Source of the DNA: Callorhinchus milii
Lineage: Eukaryota
Direction of reading: 5' to 3'
Assembly (NCBI RefSeq): GCF_018977255.1
Contig: NW_024704766.1
Span: forward strand, 4,898,001-4,962,000
Length of the DNA: 64,000 bases
A program made the translations under genes and the position numbers. A model generated the notes under the pieces. It saw nothing but the letters and a program-made list of their open reading frames with translations. It did no database searches and was not told the origin of the DNA. This document shows positions 12,454 to 39,025 of this stretch, one piece after another. Every line of letters starts with the position of its first letter. The first letter of the stretch is position 1.

Positions 12454-15400
12454 ATGGAAACAAAGCCCTCGGGGAACGCGATGCTTCAGCAGGCGAACCA
12501 GCTGTGGGACCTGTTGGATGGTTTGTCCGAAGACAGCCCTGAAGTCTACCAGAAGTTCATCCAACACCAACTTCAGGAGGGTATCAAGCAGTTCACTCCC
12601 CCGGATCCCCACACCTGCTTCCTGACAAGAATATTAGTACGGCGTCTCTTAACTTCGCTGGGGCAATCTTTATAGCTTTACTTATTTGGGGTCAGCCGGG
12701 TGTCTGATCAATAACAGCAACTTGCATTTATACAGCCCCCTTCGTGCCGGGTAGTGTCGCGGAGCGCTTAATAGTGGCGGAGTCTGACCCCGCCAATTTG
12801 TGTACATTTCTGTAAACCGTTGCTTTAAGCAGAATTAACATGGGAAGATGAGGCAAAGATTGGTCGAGGACATTTAATGTACGACAGAAGAGTTAGCTCT
12901 GCCTCCCAACAAGAGAACACAAGTTTTAAGATAATCACAAAAAAGGAAATAAAGGGAAGTGTTAGAAAACATCTCTTTACTCACACCGTGACGGGTTAGA
13001 ATGTGGGATTCTCTGCTGCTGCAAATTGCATTTTGAGGCAATGGTTAGTCTTAAAACCACAAGAAATTAGATTGGAATTGTACCTTTCACATCGGTGAGC
13101 TAGAAGTGGGGGGAGCTGAGGGAGGAGGAGGAGGAGATAGAGAATGGGCTTGGACGTGAAGCAGACCAGTGATCACTGAGTGGAGGAAGTTACCAAGGCG
13201 GTAATGTTGCAGTACATCGCAGAGGTAGGGTCGGGCGAGGCCATGGAGGGATTTAGAGGCGAGGATGAGGATCTTGAATTCGAACAAAAAGAGGGGAGGA
13301 AATAGGGATAGAGACTTGAGGAGAAGGAAATATTAAAGGGTGTCATACAAGATTTAATTTATATTTCTCAGGAACCTCACGAGAAATTGCTCTATGTGAA
13401 CCTTTGCAAATGGACCAGGATTCCGGCACCAGAGTCTGACTGCAATCCCATCCCTCTCGGTGGAGGGAAGTTGGAGGAAATAGTAGAGGGCACGGGTAGG
13501 TAGTGATAAAACGTACAGTCTCTAATTATCAATCAATATGTTGGTGTGCCATATTTACCAGGAATATGATACTTCGTGGCTGTGACTTTGACAGGGCAAA
13601 ACTTCTTGTAATTTACTGCAAATGGTTTCCACGTGACTCTAGTTTGTCAATTAGAGCATGGTGTTTCATATGGAATTTCTATACGAACAGCAAAGTTCAG
13701 AGCAGTGGATTACTCACAGTTGTGGGGAGTATCCACATGGATGAATTAATGATCTCTCGGAAGCTTCAGAAAGTATGATGGCGTAAAACATTAAAGGAAT
13801 GAAATTCCAGCCCAGCTCTGCTTAAAAGAATTGTCAGAATCTCGGCTCATGAGTCTCTAGCTATTGAGGCTGTGATGTCTCGTTGAAAGATCCATCTCAT
13901 GCACAAACCCACTCAATAAAAATAGACTGGTTCTGGGTTTTCATATTGTTCAGGAGAGAGCTTTGAATGCATAAGTTCCTTCAACGCATTTTATATCACC
14001 TTTCAAGAAATAATAACCCTAGCGTTCTCATATTAGCATCAAGACATTTCTTAAATGATTCAAGTAGCCTGGCCTGAAACATCTCTCTGGAAACCTATCC
14101 CACCCTGATTTTCTCTGCAAAGAAAATGCTTTCTCCTGTGTGTCCTTGAATTGCCCATCACAATTTCTTCTTTACAGCATTAAGTTCCTATCGCACTCAG
14201 GAAAACTAATCAAATCTGTCTTTTTTTTTATCCTCAAAAATTTCAGAACCTTTCTTTGTGCTTTAGGCAGCATTACACTAAAGGAAACCACCTCAGCTCA
14301 TACAGAAATTTCAGTGCCAGTTTATAGGTAGACCACGGGATTGGGTGTCGACATGAACGGAATTGATTTGATTTGAAGTGCTCACTGTTGACCACATTAG
14401 AGTGGGGCAACGTTATAACGCGTGGTTTCAGCCACTATACCCCAAAACTCTGGAAAATTCTTACTCTACCCCTCCACCTTTCCCCTTCCTTCCCCATCTT
14501 CAGGTCGCGCTTGAAGACCTTCCTATTCAACCGTGCCTGCAGACACTACCCCTCCCCCCCCGGCTCAGCGGCGCACAATGCCACTGTGAAGCGCTCTGGG
14601 TCGCTTCGTGAGGGGCGCTATATAAATGCAAGTTGTTGGTGGGTTCAGATCTATCAAAATAGACCCCAGGTCCATGAACATAAACCTTCCTGTTCCCACT
14701 TCCTGGTCACCGTGGATGTCACCCACTCCCATGTGTGTTTCTAATGTTAGTAACACTCGCAAGAGTAGTCACAACTGCCCGACAGGCTTCCTGGGTGCAG
14801 TGCACTTTGCAGAGTCAGAGTGTAGCGGAGTTTGTGATCCATGAGAAGGTGCAGTGCAGAGACCAGGAACGTGACAAACACTGCACAGAGATTCCTTCTA
14901 TTAGTTTGACTTGTTATCGTTTTATTTTTCCTCAACAGACATTTACTCTGTCACAGACATTGCCTACAACCCAGATGTCCTAAAGAGAGGCAGCAAGGAC
15001 CCTGCGGAAATGGACCAACTGGTGCTTCTGGCAATAAAATACATCGAAGAGCAGTTTCGTGTGCGCTTGTCTTACTCTTACACCACACTGCCAGCTACGC
15101 TCAAAGGAAGCATTCAGAAAATGAAGGAGAGATTAACAGGAATTTCTGCTGCCACCCAGAGTGGCGAGGGGATAGCGACAGGAAGCGTGGATTCACTGCT
15201 CAAACAGCTGACCAGACTGAGCGTAGGAAACACCAAATGCAAAGAGAATCCCGATCCAATTCAGTTGTTGACTGACATTTCGCAGCCAAAGAAGCCAGGA
15301 CTCATTGAAGAGATTTCAAGTACGGAGCGAGATAGCGGTGGCAATCAATTAGCAACGCCAGAGTATGAGATGTCTCTCATTAAGGATGAAAGCGGGAAAC

Positions 15401-16110
15401 CACGAGCCCTTCAGTTATCAGTGGAACTACCTCGACTGTCATCTATCGTGGAGTGTGATCTCAGTGTGTCGGAGGTGAGCATCTGCGCTGCTTGTGAATT
15501 TGTTTAGAATGTTTGCATTTTGATAGAGCCCCTCATCACGTCTGGGAGCGCTTCACTGTAAGTCAATTGACTGTATATTTTGTGGACGAAACACGGCAGA
15601 CAATTTGCGCCCAGGATTGTCCCCACAAATACTCGTGCGCTAACCAATAACCTACAGGACTCCACTATGTGAGATGCTAATTTAAACCATGCTCGGGAAC
15701 CTGACACGATGACGAGGTCTGCAACCCTCCCGTGTGATAGGGAATCCATCGAAAAATATCGTATTTATCTCGGTGCAGCACAGGCTTACAATTGGGACTG
15801 GTAAATCCCTAAATGTTAATGTTTTCTTTTAAAATTCTGTTTGAGAAACCTGAAAGGAACTGTAGCCCCTCGATATCAGAATCCGTACTAATCTAGGAAA
15901 GTTTAAAACCTCTTAGATATCAGCCGGGGTTTATTTAGGTTTGAATTCTCAGTGGCAATTTGTCTCTTACGACAGGATGACTTGGTCATTGATGTCCCCG
16001 GGATCTACAAGCTGGAGCTCAACCTCCAGGTAGCAGTCAACCAAGATTCGGTCAGTGCAAAATTCAGTAAGAGGACCCACATTTTGTCGGTGATGATGGC
16101 TATTAAATAA
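12454..16110 (+). CDS. PIH1D2: PIH1 domain-containing 2 (dynein assembly/R2TP-like cochaperone); spliced CDS span, 4 coding exons, ~325 aa
   Basis: Exons 12454-12636 (METKPSGNAMLQQANQLWDLLDGLSEDSPEVYQKFIQHQLQEG...), 13372-13495 (EPHEKLLYVNLCKWTRIPAP...), 14939-15474 (DIYSVTDIAYNPDVL...KPGLIEEIS...CDLSVSE), 15976-16110 (DDLVIDVPGIYKLELNL...AKFSKRTHILSVMMAIK*). GT-AG junctions, 978 nt in frame. Upstream acceptor at 12396 and a probable non-coding first exon ending near 11662. Confidence 0.95.
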
Positions 16111-16866
16111 TCGCTGCACTTTCTTGCATCGAAAACGTCTGTGGCTTTAAGGTAAAATTGAGAATGCCATCGTCGAAAGCAATACTTGCATTTGCAAATA
16201 CCTTTTTTTTAAAAAAAATATGACACTTTACAAAGCACCAAAATCCAATCTTGCCCCGTAACGAGAAGAGCGAATTAACAGTCTGAGCTGCTTCAACCAG
16301 ATTCCCACCAGGGAATGAAAATAGCTTCGGATACGGACACGCACTTTCGGAGGCAATTTTGTCGGCCGGTAGTAGATTAGGCATTTTAGTGGCAGCTTCG
16401 AAGGCCCCACAAACGCGCAGAAATCGCCTCAAAGAAATGTTTTTGAAGCATCGGTCAGTGCAAGAAATAAAATAATTTCAAGTATTTGCTCTGTGTACCA
16501 TCAATAATCATATTTTATACTGAAATAAAACTTGCAAATGTCACAGGTTTCAGTGCGCTGTTCTTCCTGCGTTCTCTTTCATTGGCCCCCCTCCCCCCAC
16601 CGTACCCGTAACCCCCCCCACCACCAAACACCATCCCCCTACACACACCCCAACCACCCTCTATACACACCCCACACACATGCGCACACACCCACACACA
16701 CACACCCCACTTACACCCCCTCAACACACACACCGGCACCACACACACACACATCTCCCCCCACATCAACCTTCCTACCCCCACACACACACACCTGCTC
16801 CCTCCCGCGCACACACACACACCAACCCCCCCATTCGATAACATTGACAGTGGATCAAACACACAA

Positions 16867-16872
16867 TTTATT
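16867..16872 (-). terminator. Candidate polyadenylation signal of TMPRSS4
   Basis: TTTATT on + ~620 nt past the stop, followed downstream (on -) by a GT-rich tract. Confidence 0.5.
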
Positions 16873-17494
16873 CAATATCTTAGCAAAAAAATTCAGTGCA
16901 AATTTAGCAAAATATCTGACCACAGCGTGAGACTGTAACGGACTGACAGCTTTCCTGGCCCCAGTTACACACACACGCACAGACCCAGACAGTCACAGTC
17001 GGGGACACAGACCCAGGGAGACAATGGCACAGAGAGGGACAAGTTGGAGAGAAAGCCGCAGAAAGTTTCAGAACCCACTTTTCTTCACGTGATAATTATT
17101 ACAAGAAACGTCGCAGATTTCACTGCTGGGAAAGGGAACGTCCTGACACGGGAGAAGGATTCTCAGCAAGTGTTCCGTGTGGATGCTCGCATGAATTCCT
17201 TTACTGACCAGACCTGATTCGCTCAGAAAAGTCATCGGCTGAAATGGAGTGGAGGTCAGTTGAGTTGAGTTCAGTGTGGGTCAGTGTGGCACAGAGGCAG
17301 CCCCTGGCTGCACGCTCTCGCCCTCAGGTGATGGTAGAGCGGGCACAAGGCACAGACAAGGCGTCTGCCCCTGCCTGACGGATCCGGACTTTTGCGGATA
17401 AAGTGCACAAAGTTGACGTCTTTCAACACATCCGCCAGAACGCGGTGACCATCTTCATCCCATCCCATCTTGTCCCGTGGCCTCCTGCTCACTT

Positions 17495-31930
<14,436 letters not shown>

Positions 31931-32492
31931 TTTTGCTGGTTTGTTAGTTTGGTGGAATCTTCCTCTCGCTCTCTCTCTCTCTCTCTCTCGTACACACACA
32001 CACACGCAGTTAGGCTTCTCTGACTCTCTGCTCTCAACTCACTACTGGTCACCTGATGTGGGAGAAATCAGCTAAGATCTGCCTCTCATTGTTACGAGAT
32101 GAGGTGACACCCAGAGACTCAGACACGCACATGCCCACGCAAGCAAATGTGCAGGAAGAACACAGAAAAACATGCACACGCATGTTCCCAGCCCAGACAA
32201 GCAGACACACACACACACACATGCCAAGACACAGTCACTAAATGTGACGCTTAATTGTCCAAGGCTCCCTCGGGCGTTTTGACCTCTGTCCAGGCACATG
32301 GTTCGAAGGTGAAGATTATTATTTCGGTTCTCTTTGCCCCGTCGGCCGTTCCCCGTTTCCCTTGCGGTTTCTTCTTCGTGGCTTCAGCCTGGAGTGAGAC
32401 CGGGAGAGGGAGGCAGCGAGGACGAAGCCGGGAAAAGGAGAGGGAGAGAGAATGGGAGAGAAAGAGAGAGAGAGAGAGAGAGACAGATACAT

Positions 32493-32824
32493 AATAATAA
32501 TAATAATAATAATAATAATCCTCGCATTTGATATAGCGCTTTTCACGTCGGAAGGACGTCCCAAAGCGCTTCACAGAACACACTGTAAAGTGAATTGACT
32601 GTATATTTGTGGGCGAACGCGGCAGCCAATTGCGCACAGCAATGTCCCACAAACAGTCGTAGATTGAAAATGACCAATTTATTATTGTTTTTGGTTTTGG
32701 AGGGATTATTATTAGGCTCTGTGTGGAGTAAGGAAACTTGCCCAAGGTTTCGCCCTCTGCCGGGAATTGAACTCAGGTCTCGCTTGCAAAGCGAGTGCTC
32801 TAACCACTGAGCTACAGGACTCCA
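32493..32824 (-). mobile_element. tRNA-derived SINE, short-body subfamily, near-identical to 1348-1678
   Basis: Same diagnostic AGAGCCTAATAATAATCCCTCC junction and GGGACGTCCT(C/T)CCGACGTGAAAAGC loop. Confidence 0.85.
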
Positions 32825-33309
32825 CACAGATAGAGAGAGAGAGAAATAAGAAAGGGAGAGCGACCAAGACTGGGGAGGGGGAGCGATGCACAGGTGACAA
32901 GGGTTTTGAGTTGGACCTTGAAGGAGACGAGGGAGGGAGGGAGCGAGGCGGAGGGAAGTTGGGATGGAATTCCAAGGGGTGGGGGCAGAGAGGCTGAAGG
33001 ACCGATGGGAGAGGGGTGGGAGTGGAGGAAGAGTCGTGGAGCAGGCCGGAGCGCGCGGAGCTGAGGGAGCGCGGACAGGTCGGTATGGAGTCAACGGGTC
33101 ACAGAGCTACGCGACTCCGAACCAGTCCAGTCGGGTGCCGGGGACCCCCGCAATTCTGAAACGCTTCAACGTGGAAAGAGCGCGAGAATCCGCGTGTGCG
33201 AGCGTGAGGGCGCGTGGACGCGCGAGTGTGTGCGTGAGCGTGTTATTGATGCGCGCGACGCCGCCGTGAGCAAAACGTCTGCCCCTTTCCCCTTACAATC
33301 AACAGTCAC

Positions 33310-36300
33310 TACATTTAACAGCAACGAACGCATCCGACAGACTGGAATTAATTCCAGCCCATAACTCGTTCTGTGTATAACCCCCCACACTCCCCCCACT
33401 CCCATCCCCTGCCCCGAGCTCTACTTTATCAGGATGTGGTATTCCCCGTAGTCCAGTGGTTAGAGCAGTCGCCTGGCAAGGGAAAGGGTCTGGGTTCGAT
33501 TCCCAGCCGGGCAAAATGTTGGGCAATTCTCCTTATTCCTCACACCTCTGATTACATCACAGTAAGTAGGGACTCAGCTGTCAGACCAGACCTGGGACGT
33601 CCTCCTGACGTGAAAGGACAAATACAGTCATGTGCGAGCTGGGCTGATGACTTGATTACCCCGAGGAAACCGGGAAGGGTGTTTCAGGTCAGGATTCCGG
33701 GAGTCATTGATGAATCAGCTGGATACTGGAAGTTGGGAATTACGCAGCGATAATGCCAACTGGGACGTGATTTGACTTGACCTCCCGTAGCACAGTGGTT
33801 AGAGCCCTCACCTCGCCAAGCGAAGGAGCCGGGCAGGGCATAACATTGGGCTTAAGATACCTTACTCCACACGCACACGCCTCTGTTTACCAGAAGTGAG
33901 TAGGAAGCTGGTTGTTAGTCAATTGGTGGATGGCTTTTCCAGGGGGTAATAATAATAATCCCTTTTTCCAAAAATAAATCATAATAACTTGCCCTGCCAG
34001 TGACTTGGGGCGTCCCCCCCAACGCGAAAGGCGCTCGATAAATGTAATTTTCTTCTTCTTGTAATTCGGTCACTCAGTGTGTGTGGGATCCCTCGGCCCT
34101 GTTTCGTCCACAAAAAAATACACAGTCACTAAACTTTACAGTTACAACAACTACAACAACTTGCACTTACTTAGCGCCCTCCACGCGGGGTAGAGTCTCG
34201 GAGCGCTTAACGGTGGCGGAGCCTGACTCTGAGCCGGGGGGTGGTGGGGGGGGAGCACGGTCGAAGAGGAAGGTCTTCGGGCGGGACTTGAAAAGGGGGA
34301 GAGGGGTGGGGATGGACAAGGCGAAGGGATTGAGGGAGAATGTTCCAGAGTTTCGGGGGCATAATGGCTGAAAGGCAATCTCCGCTGGTGGGGCGGAGGA
34401 TACGAGGGATGAGCAGGAGCCGGTGCCAGTCGAGCGGAGGTTCCGGGTGGTGGATTGGGGAGTGAGGAGGCCGGAGGGAGGGAGGGAGGGAGGTGCCAGA
34501 GAGTGAAGGGATTTGAACACGAGAGTGAGAGGATCTTGAAGTCGATGCGTTTGGGTGATGGGGGACCAGCGGAGCCCGGGCCAGAGCTGGGGAGCTGTGG
34601 GTACGGAGTTTGGTCCGGATCAGTATGTGGGCTGAAGTGTCTGAATGAGCTGATCTTTTGAATAATGGGACAAGGCGGAGGGATTGAGGGAGGGTTTGAG
34701 TGTTCCAGAGTTTCGGGAATACTGTACATCCTGTGAAGCGCTTTGAGACGTCTCGAAGAAGTGATGAGGCGCTGTATCAGTTGCGAGGGCTATTATTATT
34801 GTTATTGCTGTGACCTGGTGCTGATACCAGAGAGGGTGACCCCTCACATCTACACGGGACAGGACAGGGCGGGACGGAGGGGAGGGGAGGGGAGGGGAGG
34901 GGGGGGAAGGGTAGACGGGAGCGGGGGGAGTGACCAAGGTTGAGATGTAGGTGGGTGTGGGGGTGGTCAATACATTTAACAGCAATCAACGCATCCGACA
35001 GACTGGAATTAATTCCATCCCATAACTCGTTCTGTGTATGACCCCCCACACTCCCCCCACTCCCATCCCCAGCCCCGAGCTCTACTTTATCAGGATGTGG
35101 TATTCCCCGTAGTCCAGTGGTTAGAGCACTCGCCTGGCAAGCGAAAGGGTCTGGGTTCGATTCCCAGCCGGGCAAAATGGTGGGCAATTCTCCTTACTCC
35201 TCACACCTCTGATTACATCACAGTAAGTAGGGACTCAGCTGTCAGACCAGACCTGACGTGAAAGGCGCTATACAAATATAATTTGTTGTTGTTGTTAGTC
35301 GAGTGGCGGATCGCTTTTCCGGGGATAATAATCCCTCTTAAAAAAGAAAAGAAGAATAACATGGTCACTCAATCCCACGGCTGTTTGTGGGGTCACTGCT
35401 GCGCGCAATCGGCTGCTGCGTTTCCCCCACAAAATATAAAGTCAATTCACTTTACAGTATATCCTATGAAGCGCTTTGAGACGTCGAGAAGACATGAAAA
35501 GCGCTATATCAAATGCAAGGATTATTATTATTATTACTATTATTATTATTATTATTAGAGGAAAAAGGAACAGGATGTGTGACGGGTAAATACAGTCATG
35601 TGCGAGCTGGGCTGATGACCTGATTACCCCGAGGAAACCGGGAAGGGTGTTTCAGGTCAGGATTCCGGGAGTCATTGATGAATCAGTTGGATACTGTTAT
35701 GGGAAGTTGGGGATTACGGAGCGATAATGCCAACTGGGACGTGATTTGACTTGACCTCCCGTAACACAGTGGTTAGAGCCCTCACCTCGCCAAGCGAAGG
35801 AGCCGGGCAGGGCATAACATTGGGCTTAAGATACCTTACTCCACACGCACACGCCTCTGTTTACCAGGAAGTTGGTTGATAGTCAATTGGCGGNNNNNNN
35901 NNNNNNNNNNNNNNNNNNNNNNNNNNNNNNNNNNNNNNNNNNNNNNNNNNNNNNNNNNNNNNNNNNNNNNNNNNNNNNNNNNNNNNNNNNNNNNNNNNNN
36001 NNNNNNNNNNNNNNNNNNNNNNNNNNNNNNNNNNNNNNNNNNCAACAAAAAATAATAAATTGGTCATTTTCAATCCACGACTGTTTGTGGGACATTGCTG
36101 TGCGCAATTGGCTGCCGCGTTCGCCCACAAATATACAGTCAATTCACTTTACAGTGTGTTCTGTGAAGCGCTTTGGGACGTCCTCCCGACGTGAAAAGCG
36201 CTATATCAAATGCAAGGATTATTATTATTATTATTCTGTGAAGTGCTTTGAGACGTCGAGAAGACACGAAAAGCGCTGTATCAAATGCAAGGCTCATTAT

Positions 36301-36590
36301 TATTATTATTATTTACAAAAATAAATCGGAATAATTTGCCCTGCCAGCGCCTTGGGACGTCCTCCCGACGTGAAAGGCGCTAAACAAATGCAATTCTTGT
36401 TGTTGTTGTTGTAATTCGGTCACTCAGTGTGCGTGGGATACCTCTGCTCTGTTTCGCCCACCCAAAAAAATACACAGTCACTACACTTTACAGTACAACA
36501 ACAACTTCCACTTATGTCGCGCCCTCCACACTGGGTAGAGCCTCAGAGAGCTCTTAACAGTGGCGGAGCTTGACTCTGAGCCGGGGGGGT
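33310..36590 (+). repeat. Local direct duplication: ~33310-34250 versus ~34971-36590
   Basis: 33310-33593 matches 34971-35254, 33620-33930 matches 35588-35893, and 33971-34245 matches 36318-36590. The second copy is interrupted by SINE pieces and the N-gap. Confidence 0.85.
35894..36042. other. Assembly gap (149 N)
   Basis: Run of N. Confidence 1.
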
Positions 36591-38009
36591 GGGGGGGGGT
36601 GTTAGTGGTGGGTGGGGGGGGGGGGTGGGGGGGGCTGATGGTGATACCGTTGTCACCTCACCAGCAGTTTGGTGGTTGTGTCACGAACGTCCTTTGTCCG
36701 GTTGTGTTTACCAGTAGACACAGAAACCGGGTGTGGCGGTGTTCCTGGTGTTTGTTGAACTACATCTGTCCATTCCAACACGGAGATTCGCTCATTGGTG
36801 ACTAGAGTTCTGGGCGGGTGACACAACTCGTCCTTCTGGAATGTTTTCTTAAATTGTCAACGCGTTTAATTTTCTCTCTGCTTCCTCCTTGGCCTGAAAA
36901 CGTTTCTATTTCCTCCCGGATTGGCATACCCACCCCCCCCCCCTCCCTAATAATATTAATATTAATAGTCCTCGCATTTGTTACCGCGCCTTATCACGTC
37001 TCAAAGCGCTTCACAGGACATATAAAGTGCAGCGGCTGTGTACTTTGCGGGCGCAATGCGGGCGGACAATTGCGCACAGCAGCGTCCCACAATCTCTCGC
37101 GGATTGAGTGACCGAATTATTTTTTGGTGGAGGGGGTCATTACCCCAGAGAGGGATCCGCCACTTGACTAACGAGGCAGGAACGGCAGAGGGATTGCGCT
37201 GACTGAGCGGGAAGTGAGAGAAGGCTGAGAGCGAAGCTGGCGGGGACGGAGCTCAGACCTCGCACCCTGACTGAGCTGACCCGGTCCGATCCTCCGACCT
37301 GCTTTCTCTTTCTCTTTCGCTTTCTGGTTGACTTATTGAAAATTCACAGTGGTTTCTGGTTTGTTCATGTCGCCCATCGCACACTCTCCTGTTCTCACGC
37401 TCTCTCTCACGCTCTCTCTGTTTCTCGCCATCTCTCTCCCTCTCTTCCTCTCACACCATCTCTTTCGCTCCCTTTCTCTCTCTGTCTCTCTCTCTGTCTC
37501 TCTCTCTCTCACACACTCTCTCTCTATCTCTGTCTACTCCCACGGGGCTGTTGTTTTTTTGTCGGTTAGACCCAAAACTTGGCTAATGTTACTCCCTGGC
37601 CCGGGAATCGAACCCAGGTCCCTCTCGTTTGCAAGGCGAGCGCTCTTAACCACTGAGAGCCACATGACTTAACCGAGTCGAATGGTTTTACGCACCATTG
37701 TAAAAACACAAGCGTCAGCATCATCAGATGTGTTTGTGTGAAGCCTGACTATCCTATGTGGGATTGCGGGGTTTGGGGGCGGGGGTGAGGAGAGGGGGGG
37801 AGGGGTTGGGGAGGGGGTGGAGGGGGTGGAGGGGTTGGGGGTGGGGGAGTGGAGGAACTGTGAGGTGGAATCCCAAACTGTCGGTATGCTCTGGGACAGG
37901 AAGTCCCCTTGACTTCAAAGAAATGAGGATATTTCGCGGCCTCTGCTTTACTGTGGGGTCGGAACAGAGCTCTCAAGTGAATTAGAAAAATTTGCAATGG
38001 AGCAATCCA

Positions 38010-38520
38010 TCCTGGGGCTCGCTCCCCCACTGGAGCTCTCTACTCTAACCCCACTCCCTGCTCTCTCCCTCTCTCTCTCTCTCTCCCCATGGTGTCTGTG
38101 CTGGGGCTCGCTCCCCCACTGGAGCTCTCTACTCTAACCCCATTGCCTGCTCTCTCTCTCTCTCCCCATGGTGTCTGTGCTGGGGCTCGCTCCCCACTGG
38201 AGCTCTCTACTCTAACCCCACTCCCTGCTCTGTCTCTCCCCATCGTGTCTGTGCTGGAGCTCGCTCCCCCACTGGAGCTCTCTACTCTAACCCCATTCCC
38301 TACCCTCTCTCTCTCTCTCCCCATGGTGTCTGTGCTGGGGCTCGCTCCCCCACTGGAGCTCTCTACTCTAACCCCACTCCCTGCTCTGTCTCTCCCCATC
38401 GTGTCTGTGCTGGAGCTCGCTCCCCCACTGGAGCTCTCTACTCTAACCCCATTCCCTGCCCTCTCTCTCTCTCCCCATGGTGTCTGTGCTGGGGGCTCGC
38501 TCCCCCACTGGAGTTCTCTA
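38010..38520 (+). repeat. ~75-80-bp tandem array, forward copy
   Basis: Unit GCTCGCTCCCCCACTGGAGCTCTCTACTCTAACCCCA(C/T)TCCCTGC(CT)nCCCCATGGTGTCTGTGCTGG, ~6.5 copies. Confidence 0.9.
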
Positions 38521-38932
38521 AGCAGCCAATTGGGCAGAGCAGTGTCCCACAGACAGTTGTGGATTAAGTGACCATAATTATTATTATAATAACTATTATT
38601 AATTAATTATTATAATAATTATTAGTAGTAATGTTTTGGAAGGAATTGAGAGACACAGATCTGTCAGCTCAGGGCCAGAGCACTCATAGGGGGGACAGCA
38701 GTGAGGTGGTGGGGGGGTATCTGTTTTGAGTTTGTCCCCAATGGAAGAATTAGTTTAATCAGAAATTTGCTATTGGCCAAATTGCATTGCTGCTCAATCA
38801 CCTGAGACATTCCTGTTTTTGTTCTTAACTGAGAGGGGGAATCAGGGAGAACCAGTTCATGAGCTATTCGGTGTTAGAGAGTAAACGCGAGTGACAGTGT
38901 TGAGCTGCACGTCCGTCAGGCTTCCTGCATGG

Positions 38933-38988
38933 ATGGGTAAGATGTGATCCGGCTCAGTGGGGGAGCGAGCCCCAGCACAGACACGATG

Positions 38989-39025
<37 letters not shown>

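Noticed and set aside
35103-35175. tRNA-like sequence with GGC anticodon (also 33442-33514 and other SINE heads)
   Set aside because: The acceptor stem does not pair properly and the sequence runs straight into the SINE body. These are SINE heads, not tRNA genes.
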